From: Hyalangium minutum
GTDB taxonomy: Bacteria > Myxococcota > Myxococcia > Myxococcales > Myxococcaceae
NCBI RefSeq assembly: GCF_000737315.1
Contig: NZ_JMCB01000005.1
Span: forward strand, 20,001-144,000
Direction of reading: 5' to 3'
Length of the DNA: 124,000 bases
Below the pieces are notes generated by a model. That model ran no database searches. It saw nothing but the letters and a program-made list of their open reading frames with translations, and was not told where the DNA came from. Below, one piece after another: positions 57,045 to 67,365 of this stretch (positions are counted from its first letter, which is position 1; each line of letters opens with the position of its first letter). Made by a program: the position numbers and the translations under genes.

Positions 57045-57076
57045 AGTTGCCAGTTGCGGGGTGCTACATTTTGGGC

Positions 57077-57880
57077 ATGTCCCGCATCTGGCTCGTGCTC
57101 GTCTTGGTGTGTGCCCTGGCTCCACTGCAGGGAAGCGCCCAGAGTTCGCCGCCGCCGCTGGTCCCGTCGGCTCCCGAGGAGGACCCATATGATCCCAAGG
57201 GAGGCCCTACCAGCAGCGATCCCTATGGTGGCTACGATGACGAGCCAGCGCCCAGACGGAGCTCCGCTGACGGCGAGGAAAAGCCCAAGGAAGAGATCAT
57301 CCCCCATAAAGGGACGTCCTCGAGAGGCTCGAGGGCAAACAATGGGCGCGTCATCGGCGAGGCCGTGGTGGGGGGGCTGTTTGGGGTAGCGGGGGCCGTG
57401 CCGGGCTTGCTGATGATGTCAGAGCTCTGCCTGACAAGTGACTGTGACGACAGCGTCAACTCCCAGTTTTTCACGGGCATGGCGTTGGCCTTCACAGGAT
57501 GGACGCTGGGCTCGGGGCTCGGCATCGTGGTGGGAGGCAGCCTTGCCGGAGGCGAGGGTGACTTTCTGGCAACGCTGGGGGGATCTGCCTTGGGAGCGTT
57601 GGTGGGAGTGGGCGGGAGCCTGGCCACCCTCGGGCTCTCCCTGGCGCTGCATTCGGTCAGTGAGGGGCTCGGGATCCTGGCGCTCGTCATCACAGTGCCA
57701 CTCGTGAGCCTTCCCCTCCTCGTCTTGGGCCCCCTTGTGGGTGGAATCCGTTTCTACGAGAGCTCCCACGAGAGCGCCGTTGCACAACAGCAAGGGGCCA
57801 GCGCCAGTGTGCGGATGGTTCCGGTCATCAGCGTGAGCCCCTCGGGCGGGCTCGTCGCGGGGCTCATGGGGCGGTTCTGA
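57077..57880 (+). CDS. Hypothetical secreted/membrane protein
   Basis: Signal peptide, Gly-rich hydrophobic helices, C-terminal LMGRF. Confidence 0.65.
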   Translation: MSRIWLVLVLVCALAPLQGSAQSSPPPLVPSAPEEDPYDPKGGPTSSDPYGGYDDEPAPRRSSADGEEKPKEEIIPHKGTSSRGSRANNGRVIGEAVVGGLFGVAGAVPGLLMMSELCLTSDCDDSVNSQFFTGMALAFTGWTLGSGLGIVVGGSLAGGEGDFLATLGGSALGALVGVGGSLATLGLSLALHSVSEGLGILALVITVPLVSLPLLVLGPLVGGIRFYESSHESAVAQQQGASASVRMVPVISVSPSGGLVAGLMGRF

Positions 57881-57881
57881 A

Positions 57882-58835
57882 TCAGTGCACGGGCACCACT
57901 GCGGGCCATGGAGGCGGGTTCGGCCCGAGCACCTGCTCCTGCGTCACTCCCTCCGGCACCACCAGGTCCACCACCGGTGACTGGTTCGCCGCTCCCAACC
58001 TCCCTCCACCAAAAAACTCCTTCGAATCTCCCGGCACGATGGGCAGCACCATGGACGCTCTGGGGCCCTCCTTCCCGAACAGCGAGGACAGGTTCACCTT
58101 GTTCTCGAACAGAGCCCCTGTCACCGCGAGCGCGTAGCCCCACTCCGGCCGAGGCGCGCCGCCAAAGAAGTCGTTCGGCACGAAGAACTCCACCGTCGCC
58201 CCTGTCACGCGCACGCGCGTGGGGAAGAACACCTGCCCCGTCAGCTTGCGCTCCACCTCCGACTCCACCTCGCGCTGCGCGGCCTCGCCCAGGGAGCCTT
58301 GCTGGCGGATCCGCTCCTCGCGCTCCTCCCGTTGCCACTCTCCGCGCAGCTGGTCCCGCGCGTCATACGGCCGAGGCGTGAGCACGATGGCTTTCTCCCA
58401 CGCGCTCCCCGGAGCCAGCGAGAGGTTCCGCCCCGGCAGCGTCTCCGTGCGGCCCGAGCCCTCCACCCGATCCGTATCCACGTACAGGTCCAGGTTGAAC
58501 GTGTAGAACCCGAGCCGCGCCTTCTGCGCCTGCGTCTCTCCGGCGATGTCCACCGTCCGCGCCGCCTGGGGCTTCGCGATGGGCCGCGCGAAGGTCGCCT
58601 CGAACCGCGTGCCGTCATCCTCCGGGTACGCCACCAACAACAGCAGATCCATTGAGCCCGGCCCCAGGTCCTCGCGCAGCGGATAGCGCAAGTCCCCATC
58701 TCCGTGGTCATCCCCGCGCGGATCCGCCAGGGTGAAGAGCGGGGCAGTCCCTCCGGTGCTCCGGGAGAGGCACGCGCTGGCCAGCACGGCCCCCAGCGCG
58801 AGCGGCAGCAGGGCGCGGCGAAGCGGAAGCATCAA
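57882..58835 (-). CDS. Glucodextranase DOMON-like lipoprotein
   Basis: Lipobox ASAC; DPRGDDHGDGDLRYP. Confidence 0.78.
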   Translation of the reverse strand: MMLPLRRALLPLALGAVLASACLSRSTGGTAPLFTLADPRGDDHGDGDLRYPLREDLGPGSMDLLLLVAYPEDDGTRFEATFARPIAKPQAARTVDIAGETQAQKARLGFYTFNLDLYVDTDRVEGSGRTETLPGRNLSLAPGSAWEKAIVLTPRPYDARDQLRGEWQREEREERIRQQGSLGEAAQREVESEVERKLTGQVFFPTRVRVTGATVEFFVPNDFFGGAPRPEWGYALAVTGALFENKVNLSSLFGKEGPRASMVLPIVPGDSKEFFGGGRLGAANQSPVVDLVVPEGVTQEQVLGPNPPPWPAVVPVH

Positions 58836-58849
58836 CGAGACTCCGTGGG

Positions 58850-58892
58850 AAAAAAGAGAGCCCGGCGAGCGTCGCCGCGCGCCGGGCCCTTC
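58850..58892 (-). terminator. Intrinsic terminator after the outer-membrane protein gene
   Basis: GCCCGGCG...CGCCGGGC stem followed by TCTCTTTTTT on the minus strand. Confidence 0.65.
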
Positions 58893-58915
58893 TCAAGCAA
58901 GAAGCGTGAGGCTGA

Positions 58916-61108
58916 CTAGAACTGAGCCTTCATGAACGCCTTCGCGCGGATGTGGTCGAACTCGCGCGTCTCCAGGCTGTTCCACCCGGAGAAGCGGTTG
59001 CGGAAACCCCGCGAGCCCACCTTCACGTTGTGGTCCTTGGCCGTCTGCTCGTCCGCGATCTGCTCCACGAAGCCCGAGCCGAAGTCCGGATCGAACGTGC
59101 CGAACGCGTACTGGCCCTCCAGGCCGAACTCCACGCCCGCGAGGATGTACTTGGCCCGCACCACCACCGAGTTCTTGTTGTGGTAGCCCGAGGCCATCTC
59201 GTGCAGGTTGTACGCCTGGAACGCCGTGTTGCCGTCGAACAGGTCCGCCAGGTACTTCGTGTAGCTCACCGAAGCATACAGGTCATCCGACAGCTGGTAG
59301 CCCGCGCCCGCCGTGAAGGCGTAGTAGCGCAGCAGCCGGTCGTCGTCCGACAGGCTGTCGAAGGGCTTCCACTGGTAGCCCGTCTGGTCCCCCACGGTGA
59401 TGACGTTCGGGTTGCCGAACGTGTCCGCCGTGGACAGGCCCGGCGAGTACTCGTTCTTCAGATCCGCGCAGGCCTCGGTGCCACCGGGGCACGCACCCGC
59501 CTTGTACGGCAGGAAGCGCGAGTCGTTGATGCGCTTGTCCGTCTCGTGGATGAACTTCGCCTTGCCGAAGATGTCGATGCCCCGGCCGAAGTCCAGCACG
59601 TAGCGCGCCTTGAGCACCGCGATGTGCGTCTTCTTGTCCTGGAAGGGCTGGAAGGCCGTGCGGAAGTTGTGGCCCACGCCCGAGTCCAGCTCCGTCGTCG
59701 GGTACGGTGTCTTCGTGTAAGAGGTGTCCGGGCTGTCGTACGCCTGCCAGTTGGTGTTGTAGGTGATGTACGAGTACTCACCCGACAAATCCAGGCCGCC
59801 GTTGCCGTAGACCGGGTTCACCGTGAAGCCCTTCCAGCCGATGGCCGTCTCCGCGAAGGGCTCGTCGAAGTCCGTGAACTCGTTGTCCACGTTGATCGTC
59901 GCCACCTGCTGGGACTCACCCGTCCACCCGCCGTAGCCAATGCGCGTGGGGTTGCCGTTGAACACGCCGTACGAGGCGTTCGAGGGGCCCGGGAAGGCGA
60001 AGCTCGCGTCATGGCCTTCCGTGAGCAGCACGTCCGACTCGCGGCGCGCCGCCATGATGGCCACGTAGTCCGAGCCGATGCTGAAGCCCTGCAGGTTCAC
60101 CGACAGCCCGATGTCCAGCGGATCGCTCAGCGTCACGTCCACCTTGAAGCTGTTGTCCTCGTGGCGGCCGGCGATCACCGGCGAGTAGCCGTTGAGGCCG
60201 AAGTCCGCGGGCGTCAGCACCGGGTCCGCGTTGCTGTACGAGTGGTACAGCGAGCCGCGGATGTCCACCTTGTCGCTCAGGCGCAGGCCGGCCTTCACGC
60301 CGCCCACGCCGTTGCGGAAGCGCGGCACCAGGTCGCGCCCATCGTCCATGTTGTTGTCCACCGTGGTGGGGGCGATCTCCGCGTCGCGCACGTAGCTGAA
60401 GATGCCGCCCACATCGAGCGCGTCGCTCAGCGCCCACTTGGTCTGGAAGCCGTACGCCGCGTCCGCCGCGTGGAACAGGCCCGTGCTGAAGGACGGACCG
60501 GCCCACAGGCGCGGCAGGCTGATGCGGGTCGCATCCCAGGTGATCTTCCGGTCGAACGCCGAGCCCTGGAGGAGGATGCCGTGCGCGTTGTCACGGTCGA
60601 TGTAGCGGATGCGGCCGATGACGTACGGATCGAACTGGCCGAAGTCATTGGCGCCGATGGTGGCTGAGTCGATCAGGTAGCCCGGGGTGATGATCACCGC
60701 CACGCCGCGCAGCTTGATGTACTGGTTGGAGCGCGGATCGAACTCGCCGCAGTCGCCGCTCACGCAGGGCTTGGACGGGTCACCGCCGAAGCCGCCGAAG
60801 TTCGTCCAGAAGTTCTGGCTGAACCGGCTGTGGATGCGGCCCTTCACCTCCACCTGGCTGGAGAGCCGGGCGTTGAGCAACAGCTCGAGCTCCGTGCCCT
60901 GGCCGTTGTCGCCATAGCCCTCGCCGGGGATGGTGGTGAAGTTGTACATGGCGCCCTGCTCTCGCAGGTTGCCGTAGAGCCACTTGGTGTACGTGGTGCC
61001 GCCAATCTGCAGCTTCGGCGCGTCCTGGGCGATGGCGGGCGCCACGGGCAGCAGCACAGCGGAGGCGGCGAGCGCCAGCGCGCTCCTCCGCAGAGACTTC
61101 TTCGACAT
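58916..61108 (-). CDS. Uncharacterised outer-membrane beta-barrel protein
   Basis: Signal peptide, amphipathic aromatic-rich strands, terminal Phe (AFMKAQF). Confidence 0.7.
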   Translation of the reverse strand: MSKKSLRRSALALAASAVLLPVAPAIAQDAPKLQIGGTTYTKWLYGNLREQGAMYNFTTIPGEGYGDNGQGTELELLLNARLSSQVEVKGRIHSRFSQNFWTNFGGFGGDPSKPCVSGDCGEFDPRSNQYIKLRGVAVIITPGYLIDSATIGANDFGQFDPYVIGRIRYIDRDNAHGILLQGSAFDRKITWDATRISLPRLWAGPSFSTGLFHAADAAYGFQTKWALSDALDVGGIFSYVRDAEIAPTTVDNNMDDGRDLVPRFRNGVGGVKAGLRLSDKVDIRGSLYHSYSNADPVLTPADFGLNGYSPVIAGRHEDNSFKVDVTLSDPLDIGLSVNLQGFSIGSDYVAIMAARRESDVLLTEGHDASFAFPGPSNASYGVFNGNPTRIGYGGWTGESQQVATINVDNEFTDFDEPFAETAIGWKGFTVNPVYGNGGLDLSGEYSYITYNTNWQAYDSPDTSYTKTPYPTTELDSGVGHNFRTAFQPFQDKKTHIAVLKARYVLDFGRGIDIFGKAKFIHETDKRINDSRFLPYKAGACPGGTEACADLKNEYSPGLSTADTFGNPNVITVGDQTGYQWKPFDSLSDDDRLLRYYAFTAGAGYQLSDDLYASVSYTKYLADLFDGNTAFQAYNLHEMASGYHNKNSVVVRAKYILAGVEFGLEGQYAFGTFDPDFGSGFVEQIADEQTAKDHNVKVGSRGFRNRFSGWNSLETREFDHIRAKAFMKAQF

Positions 61109-61199
61109 GATGTGAACCCCTCCTCCAGGGCCAGACGGCACCGCGGGGAAGACAGCCCCCGCGGCGGTCCAGCCAAGTCCTTAGTGAATCGGTACCGCG

Positions 61200-62012
61200 T
61201 TACTTGCTCTGGCGCACCATCTTCAGCGTGGCCTTCGTCTTGGAGGCTCCCTCCGCGCCACACTCGTACTTGAGCATGTCGTACTGGGCCTGCTTCTCGG
61301 ACGCGTCGCCCTTGCCGCTGCCGGCCAGGATGTCGATGACCTGCGGATCGCAGTCGCCGTCGTTGCCGCCGCCGAAGCGGTGCTGGCCCTCGTACTCGTT
61401 GACCTTGCGGGTGAGCAGGTCATTGCCGGAGGGGAAGCCCTCGTTGGATTGCATCACCACCTGGAAGCCCCACTGGCTGGGGTCACCCTTGAGGGACTCG
61501 GCGTCCACGCTGCCGGTGATCTTCTTGCCGGAGCCCTTGGTGCGCTCGGGGACGATGATGTCGTCCTTCAGGCCTGCGGCCTTGGTCTCCACCTCTTTGC
61601 GCACGCGCGCGGGCGCCTGCGGCGAGAGGATGACGAGCTTGTCCCAGGCCGAGTCCGGGGCGAACTGGACGTTGAGGCCCGGAGGAGCGTCCGTGTGGCC
61701 GCTGCCCTCCTTACCGTCCGTGTCGATGAAGACGAAGACCATCTGCGTGGCGAACCCGTTGCCCATCTTCCACGGGTCCTCCAGGTTGGTGCCCAGCGTC
61801 ACCTGGAAGTCCACCTTGTTGCCCTTCTTCTCGGCGGTGAACTCGGTGATGTCGAACGAGGCCTTCTTGTAGACGGTGTCCGTCGGGTACTTGTAGGTGC
61901 CCGGGCCGTTGTCGTCTCCAGACGGATCCTTGAAGGTGACCTTGCCGTCGGCGAAGGCGGGGAGGCTGAGCAGCGAGGCAGCGAGGGTGAGGGTTGCGAC
62001 ACGGGTCTTCAT
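61200..62012 (-). CDS. Glucodextranase DOMON-like secreted protein
   Basis: DPSGDDNGPGTYKYP, FATQMVFVFID. Confidence 0.82.
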   Translation of the reverse strand: MKTRVATLTLAASLLSLPAFADGKVTFKDPSGDDNGPGTYKYPTDTVYKKASFDITEFTAEKKGNKVDFQVTLGTNLEDPWKMGNGFATQMVFVFIDTDGKEGSGHTDAPPGLNVQFAPDSAWDKLVILSPQAPARVRKEVETKAAGLKDDIIVPERTKGSGKKITGSVDAESLKGDPSQWGFQVVMQSNEGFPSGNDLLTRKVNEYEGQHRFGGGNDGDCDPQVIDILAGSGKGDASEKQAQYDMLKYECGAEGASKTKATLKMVRQSK

Positions 62013-62037
62013 TGACGGCTCTCCTTGGGAAACAACA

Positions 62038-62916
62038 TCAACCTTTCACGCTTCCAGCCGTGAGGCCGGACACGAGGTACTTCTGGAGGAACAGGAACAG
62101 AAACACCACGGGGATGGAGACGATGATGGAGCCTGCGGCGAAGTAGCCCCACTGCTGGGAGAACCCACCGACGAAGAAGCGGAGCCCGACCGGCGCCGTG
62201 TACATGGCCTCTTGGTCCATGAAGGTAGCCGCCAAGATGAACTCATTCCAAGAGGTCATGAAAGAAAACAGCGCTGTCACGGCCACGGCGGGCTTAGCCA
62301 GGGGAAGGATGATGCTCCAGAAAATCTTGCCTACCGAGGCGCCCTCCATGAGCGCCGCCTCCTCCAGGTCCTTCGGAATGGTGTCGAAGTAGCCCTTGAG
62401 CATCCACACGCTGAAAGGGATGGAGGTGGTGGCGTAGACGATGATGAGGCCCAGCCGCGAGCTGCCCAGACCCAGCCACTGCACCAGGATGATGAACAGG
62501 GGGATGAGCATCAGGGTGCCCGGGAACATCTGAGACACCAGGAAGGCCATCATGCCCGCGCGCTGGCCGGGGAACTTGAAGCGGCTGAAGGCGTAGGCGG
62601 CGGTGCAGGCCAGGAAGACGCCCACCACGGTGGTGCCCACGGCGATGATGGCGCTGTTGAGCATCCACTGGGCGAACGGCTGCTCCGTCATCACCGAGCT
62701 GAAGTTGGAGAAGGACCACTGCTCCGGCCACGGGGTGATGGCGCGCAGCCGGTCAGTGAACGTGGGCTCCGGCGGCAGCGTGGCGATGGCCAGGTTCTGC
62801 CGCCCGGAGAAGGCGATCGTGACGACCCAGAGGATGGGGTAGATGGTGAAGAGGGTGAAGAGCACCAGCAGCACATGCAACGGCAGGTGCGGGACCCCTT
62901 CGCGACGCGTGGCCAT
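62038..62916 (-). CDS. malG: Maltodextrin ABC permease, MalG-like
   Basis: DLEEAALMEGA EAA loop, WNEF. Confidence 0.88.
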   Translation of the reverse strand: MATRREGVPHLPLHVLLVLFTLFTIYPILWVVTIAFSGRQNLAIATLPPEPTFTDRLRAITPWPEQWSFSNFSSVMTEQPFAQWMLNSAIIAVGTTVVGVFLACTAAYAFSRFKFPGQRAGMMAFLVSQMFPGTLMLIPLFIILVQWLGLGSSRLGLIIVYATTSIPFSVWMLKGYFDTIPKDLEEAALMEGASVGKIFWSIILPLAKPAVAVTALFSFMTSWNEFILAATFMDQEAMYTAPVGLRFFVGGFSQQWGYFAAGSIIVSIPVVFLFLFLQKYLVSGLTAGSVKG

Positions 62917-64991
62917 TACGCTGCCTCCGTGGCGCGTGAGAGACGGTTCTGCACCACGCTGTAGAGCAGCAGGATGCCGAAGATGACGGTGGAGTACGCC
63001 GCCGCGTAGCCGTAGCGGTAGCGCTGGAAGGCGTACTTGTACGCCTGCGTGACGAGGATCTCCGTGGAGTTGCCCGGCTCACCCTCCGTCACCAGGAAGA
63101 TGATGTTGAACATGTTGAAGGTCCACACCACCGACAGGATGACTGCGGGCACCAGCGCGGGCTTGAGCGAGGGCAGGGTGATGGCGACGAACTGCTGCCA
63201 GCGGCTGGCTCCGTCCACGCGCGCAGCCTCGTAAAGCTCCATGGGGATGGACTGCAGGGCGCCCAGCGACACCACCATCATGAAGGGGAACGAGAGCCAG
63301 CCGTTGGTGGCCAGCGCCGTCAGGTAGGAGGTGAAGGGGGACTCGAACCAGGACAGGCCCTGGCCGCCGAACATGCGGATGACGTGGTTCACCACGCCGA
63401 ACTGCTGGTGGAACATGCCCTTCCAGATGAGCGCGGTGATGTAGTTGGGCATGGCCCACGGCAGGATGAGCAGCACGCGGTAGATGGGGCGCAGCGCCAG
63501 GTTGGGGGTGTTGAGGATGAGCGCCAGCACCAGCCCCACCGAGACGCCGATCGCCACATTGGTGATGGTCCACACCACCGTGAAGAAGAGCGTCCAGTAG
63601 AAGTTCAGGTAGTTGAAGACCCAGGTGCCGTTGTCCCCCTGCCGGGCGATGTTGAAGTCCCCGAGGATCTCCACGTAGTTGCGCAGGCCGATCCAGATCT
63701 CCGTCAGCGGCTGGTTGGTGTTGTAGAGGTTGGCGTCCGTGAAGGAGAGGGTGATGCCGTAGATGAAGGGGAAGAAGACGAGCACCACCATGCCCACCAT
63801 GGCCGGCGCGATGTACGCGTAGGCCTCGCGGTGCTCCACCATCGTGGACACCGTGCGGTGCAGCCCGCCCAGGCCGATGAAGGCCAGCAGCGCCAGCCCC
63901 AGCAGCCCCAGCAGCGCCGAGGCCCGTGAGGCTTGGCTCTGCAGCGTCTCCACGCGCTGGGTGACCACGGCCTCGTTCACCGTGCCCTGCGCGTCCAGCA
64001 GGCCCAGCGGCTTGCGGTAGACGTCCGTGTCCCAGGTGCCCGGCGCGAGCGCCGGCTCGGTGGTGAGGTTCTGCGCGGTGATGGCCGCCTTGCCGCGCTC
64101 GGCGATGGCGCGCAGGTGCTCCGCCACCGCGCCCTGTGAGCCACGCACCCCGTCCTCCAGGGCGCGCATGGAGTACTGGGTGTAGCCGCCCAGGCCCGCC
64201 ATGAAGAGCACCGCCGCTGCAGCCACCAACTGCCACTGCCGCTGCAGCTTCACGAAGGAGACGCCCAGCAGCACCAGCAGCGGCAGGAAGAAGGCCAGCA
64301 GCACCGGCGCCAGCCCGGGACGCTCCGCCTTGGGGAGCGGCTGGGTGGCCAGATCCACCATGCCCACCACCCCTCCATCCGCCTCGACCGGCGCGGAGAA
64401 GAGCCGGCCGCCCGTGGGCAACAGCTCGATCTCGATCTCCGGCTTGCGGGCGCTGCCCTCTTCGCGGTTGGTCTCCACCGCGGCGCGCAGGCGCTGCCCA
64501 CGGTCGTAGATGACCTTCTCCTCGCGCGCGAGCCGCCGAGGCGCCGCCTTGTCGCCTTGGTCCTCCGGGAAGGTGGAGGACTCCAGCTTGACGCCGGAGA
64601 AGGCGATCACGCGCACGTGGCTGCCCGCGGGCAGCTGCTCCTTGGCCGCGTCCACCACGGCGCGCACCCCATCTCCGCTGCCGCCCGCGCGGCGCACGAG
64701 GTCCGCCAGGGCGTTCAGGGAGATGAGGGTGCGGCGCTGCTCGCGCTCGATGGCGGCGTCTTCACGCGCCTGGGCGAGCAGGGCGTAAGCCAGCGCCAGC
64801 CCCACGCCGAGCGCAAGGGCCAGCCCCACCAGCACGCGGGGCCGCCGCACGCTGGGGGGATTCGTCTGAGGAGGAATCACGGAGGAGCCTGCTGCAGGGG
64901 GAGAGACCTGGACACCGGAGGGACCGGGCCCAGGAGCGGCGGCGCCAGGGGAGGCGCCGCCCGAGGAAGGCGGGGGTACGGCGCTGCTCAC
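62916..64991 (-). CDS. malF: Maltodextrin ABC permease, MalF-like, with a long N-terminal extension
   Basis: LILPWAMP, LYEAARVDGA; extra ~390-aa N-terminal region. Confidence 0.85.
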   Translation of the reverse strand: MSSAVPPPSSGGASPGAAAPGPGPSGVQVSPPAAGSSVIPPQTNPPSVRRPRVLVGLALALGVGLALAYALLAQAREDAAIEREQRRTLISLNALADLVRRAGGSGDGVRAVVDAAKEQLPAGSHVRVIAFSGVKLESSTFPEDQGDKAAPRRLAREEKVIYDRGQRLRAAVETNREEGSARKPEIEIELLPTGGRLFSAPVEADGGVVGMVDLATQPLPKAERPGLAPVLLAFFLPLLVLLGVSFVKLQRQWQLVAAAAVLFMAGLGGYTQYSMRALEDGVRGSQGAVAEHLRAIAERGKAAITAQNLTTEPALAPGTWDTDVYRKPLGLLDAQGTVNEAVVTQRVETLQSQASRASALLGLLGLALLAFIGLGGLHRTVSTMVEHREAYAYIAPAMVGMVVLVFFPFIYGITLSFTDANLYNTNQPLTEIWIGLRNYVEILGDFNIARQGDNGTWVFNYLNFYWTLFFTVVWTITNVAIGVSVGLVLALILNTPNLALRPIYRVLLILPWAMPNYITALIWKGMFHQQFGVVNHVIRMFGGQGLSWFESPFTSYLTALATNGWLSFPFMMVVSLGALQSIPMELYEAARVDGASRWQQFVAITLPSLKPALVPAVILSVVWTFNMFNIIFLVTEGEPGNSTEILVTQAYKYAFQRYRYGYAAAYSTVIFGILLLYSVVQNRLSRATEAA

Positions 64992-66214
64992 TTCTTCCGC
65001 AGCCCCGCGACGTCCTTGGCCACCTGCTGCTGCGCCTTGTCGAGCGCGGCCTTCGGCGAAGAGGTCTTCTTCAGGATGGCGTTCATCGCCGTGGTGGCCG
65101 GCGACCAGACCATGGTCATCTCCGGCACGTTCGGCATGGGCACCGCCACGTTCACCTGATCACGGAACGCCTTGAGCTGCGGATCCTTGGACACGTCGGC
65201 GTCGTTGTAGACCTCGGTGTTCGCGGGACTCTGGCGGCCCTCGAGCGCCAGCACCTTGGCGGAGGTCGTCAGGGTGAGGAACTTGGCGAACTCGAAAGCG
65301 GCCTCCTTGTTCTTCGAGGGAGCCGTCACGTACACGCCCTCCACCGTCATCCACGGGCGCATCGGCTTGCCGCCCGCCTCGTCAATCGTGGGCAGGGTGG
65401 TGATGCCGTAGTCGATGCCCTTGGCGATCTCGCCCAGGAACCACGGACCGGAGAACACGATGCCCGCCTTGCCGTCGTTGAAGAGCGAGGTGATGAGCGC
65501 CGTAGAGGGCTCCGCGGGGAGGATGCCGTCCTTGTCGATCCACTTGAGCAGGTAGTCGATGGACTGCACGTTCTCCTTGGAGTTCATCGTGGGGTTGAAC
65601 TTGGCGTCGAACACGCCGCCGCCGAAGCCGTTCATCAGCGCCGCGTGGTAGTAGAAGTCGCCGTACGAGTACGCCAGCCCGAAGCGCCCGGCCTTCTTGT
65701 CCGTGAGCTTCTTGGCCAGGGCGACCAGCTCGCCGGTGGTCTTCGGCGGGGTGGGGACGAGCTTCTTGTTATAGATGAGCGCGATGTTCTTGTAGTTCAG
65801 CGGCAGCCCGTACACAGTGCCCCGGTACGTCATCGCCTGCATCGTGGTGGGGATGAAGCGCTGCTTGAGCGCGTCATCCAGGAAGAAGTCGATGGGCTCG
65901 ATGGTGTTGCCGGCCTCGATCCAGCCGCCCAGACGGTCCTGCGCGAAGATGAAGAGGTCCGGACCTTTGCCGCGCGGCACGGTGGCGGTGATCTTGTCCG
66001 CGAAGGCGTCATACGGCACGGCCAGCGTGGTGACCTTGAACTTGCCGGCGTTGGCCTTGTTGTACTCGGCCACCACCTTCTCCAGCGCGGACTTCTCCTC
66101 GGCACGGTAGGAGTGCCACAGGACGATCTCCGTCTCGGCGGCGGCGGCGGTCAGGGGCAGCAGACCGAGCACACTGAGGCACACGGCCGCGATCAGCAGT
66201 CGCAGGTTCTTCAT
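64988..66214 (-). CDS. malE: Maltodextrin-binding protein
   Basis: GPDLFIFAQDRLG, PMPNVPEM..VW. Confidence 0.88.
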   Translation of the reverse strand: MKNLRLLIAAVCLSVLGLLPLTAAAAETEIVLWHSYRAEEKSALEKVVAEYNKANAGKFKVTTLAVPYDAFADKITATVPRGKGPDLFIFAQDRLGGWIEAGNTIEPIDFFLDDALKQRFIPTTMQAMTYRGTVYGLPLNYKNIALIYNKKLVPTPPKTTGELVALAKKLTDKKAGRFGLAYSYGDFYYHAALMNGFGGGVFDAKFNPTMNSKENVQSIDYLLKWIDKDGILPAEPSTALITSLFNDGKAGIVFSGPWFLGEIAKGIDYGITTLPTIDEAGGKPMRPWMTVEGVYVTAPSKNKEAAFEFAKFLTLTTSAKVLALEGRQSPANTEVYNDADVSKDPQLKAFRDQVNVAVPMPNVPEMTMVWSPATTAMNAILKKTSSPKAALDKAQQQVAKDVAGLRKK

Positions 66215-66243
66215 GAGTGGGGCGCTCCGGGGAAGCAGGCGAA

Positions 66244-67338
<1,095 letters not shown>

Positions 67339-67365
67339 CAGATCCCTCGCCCCTGAACTTCAGGG

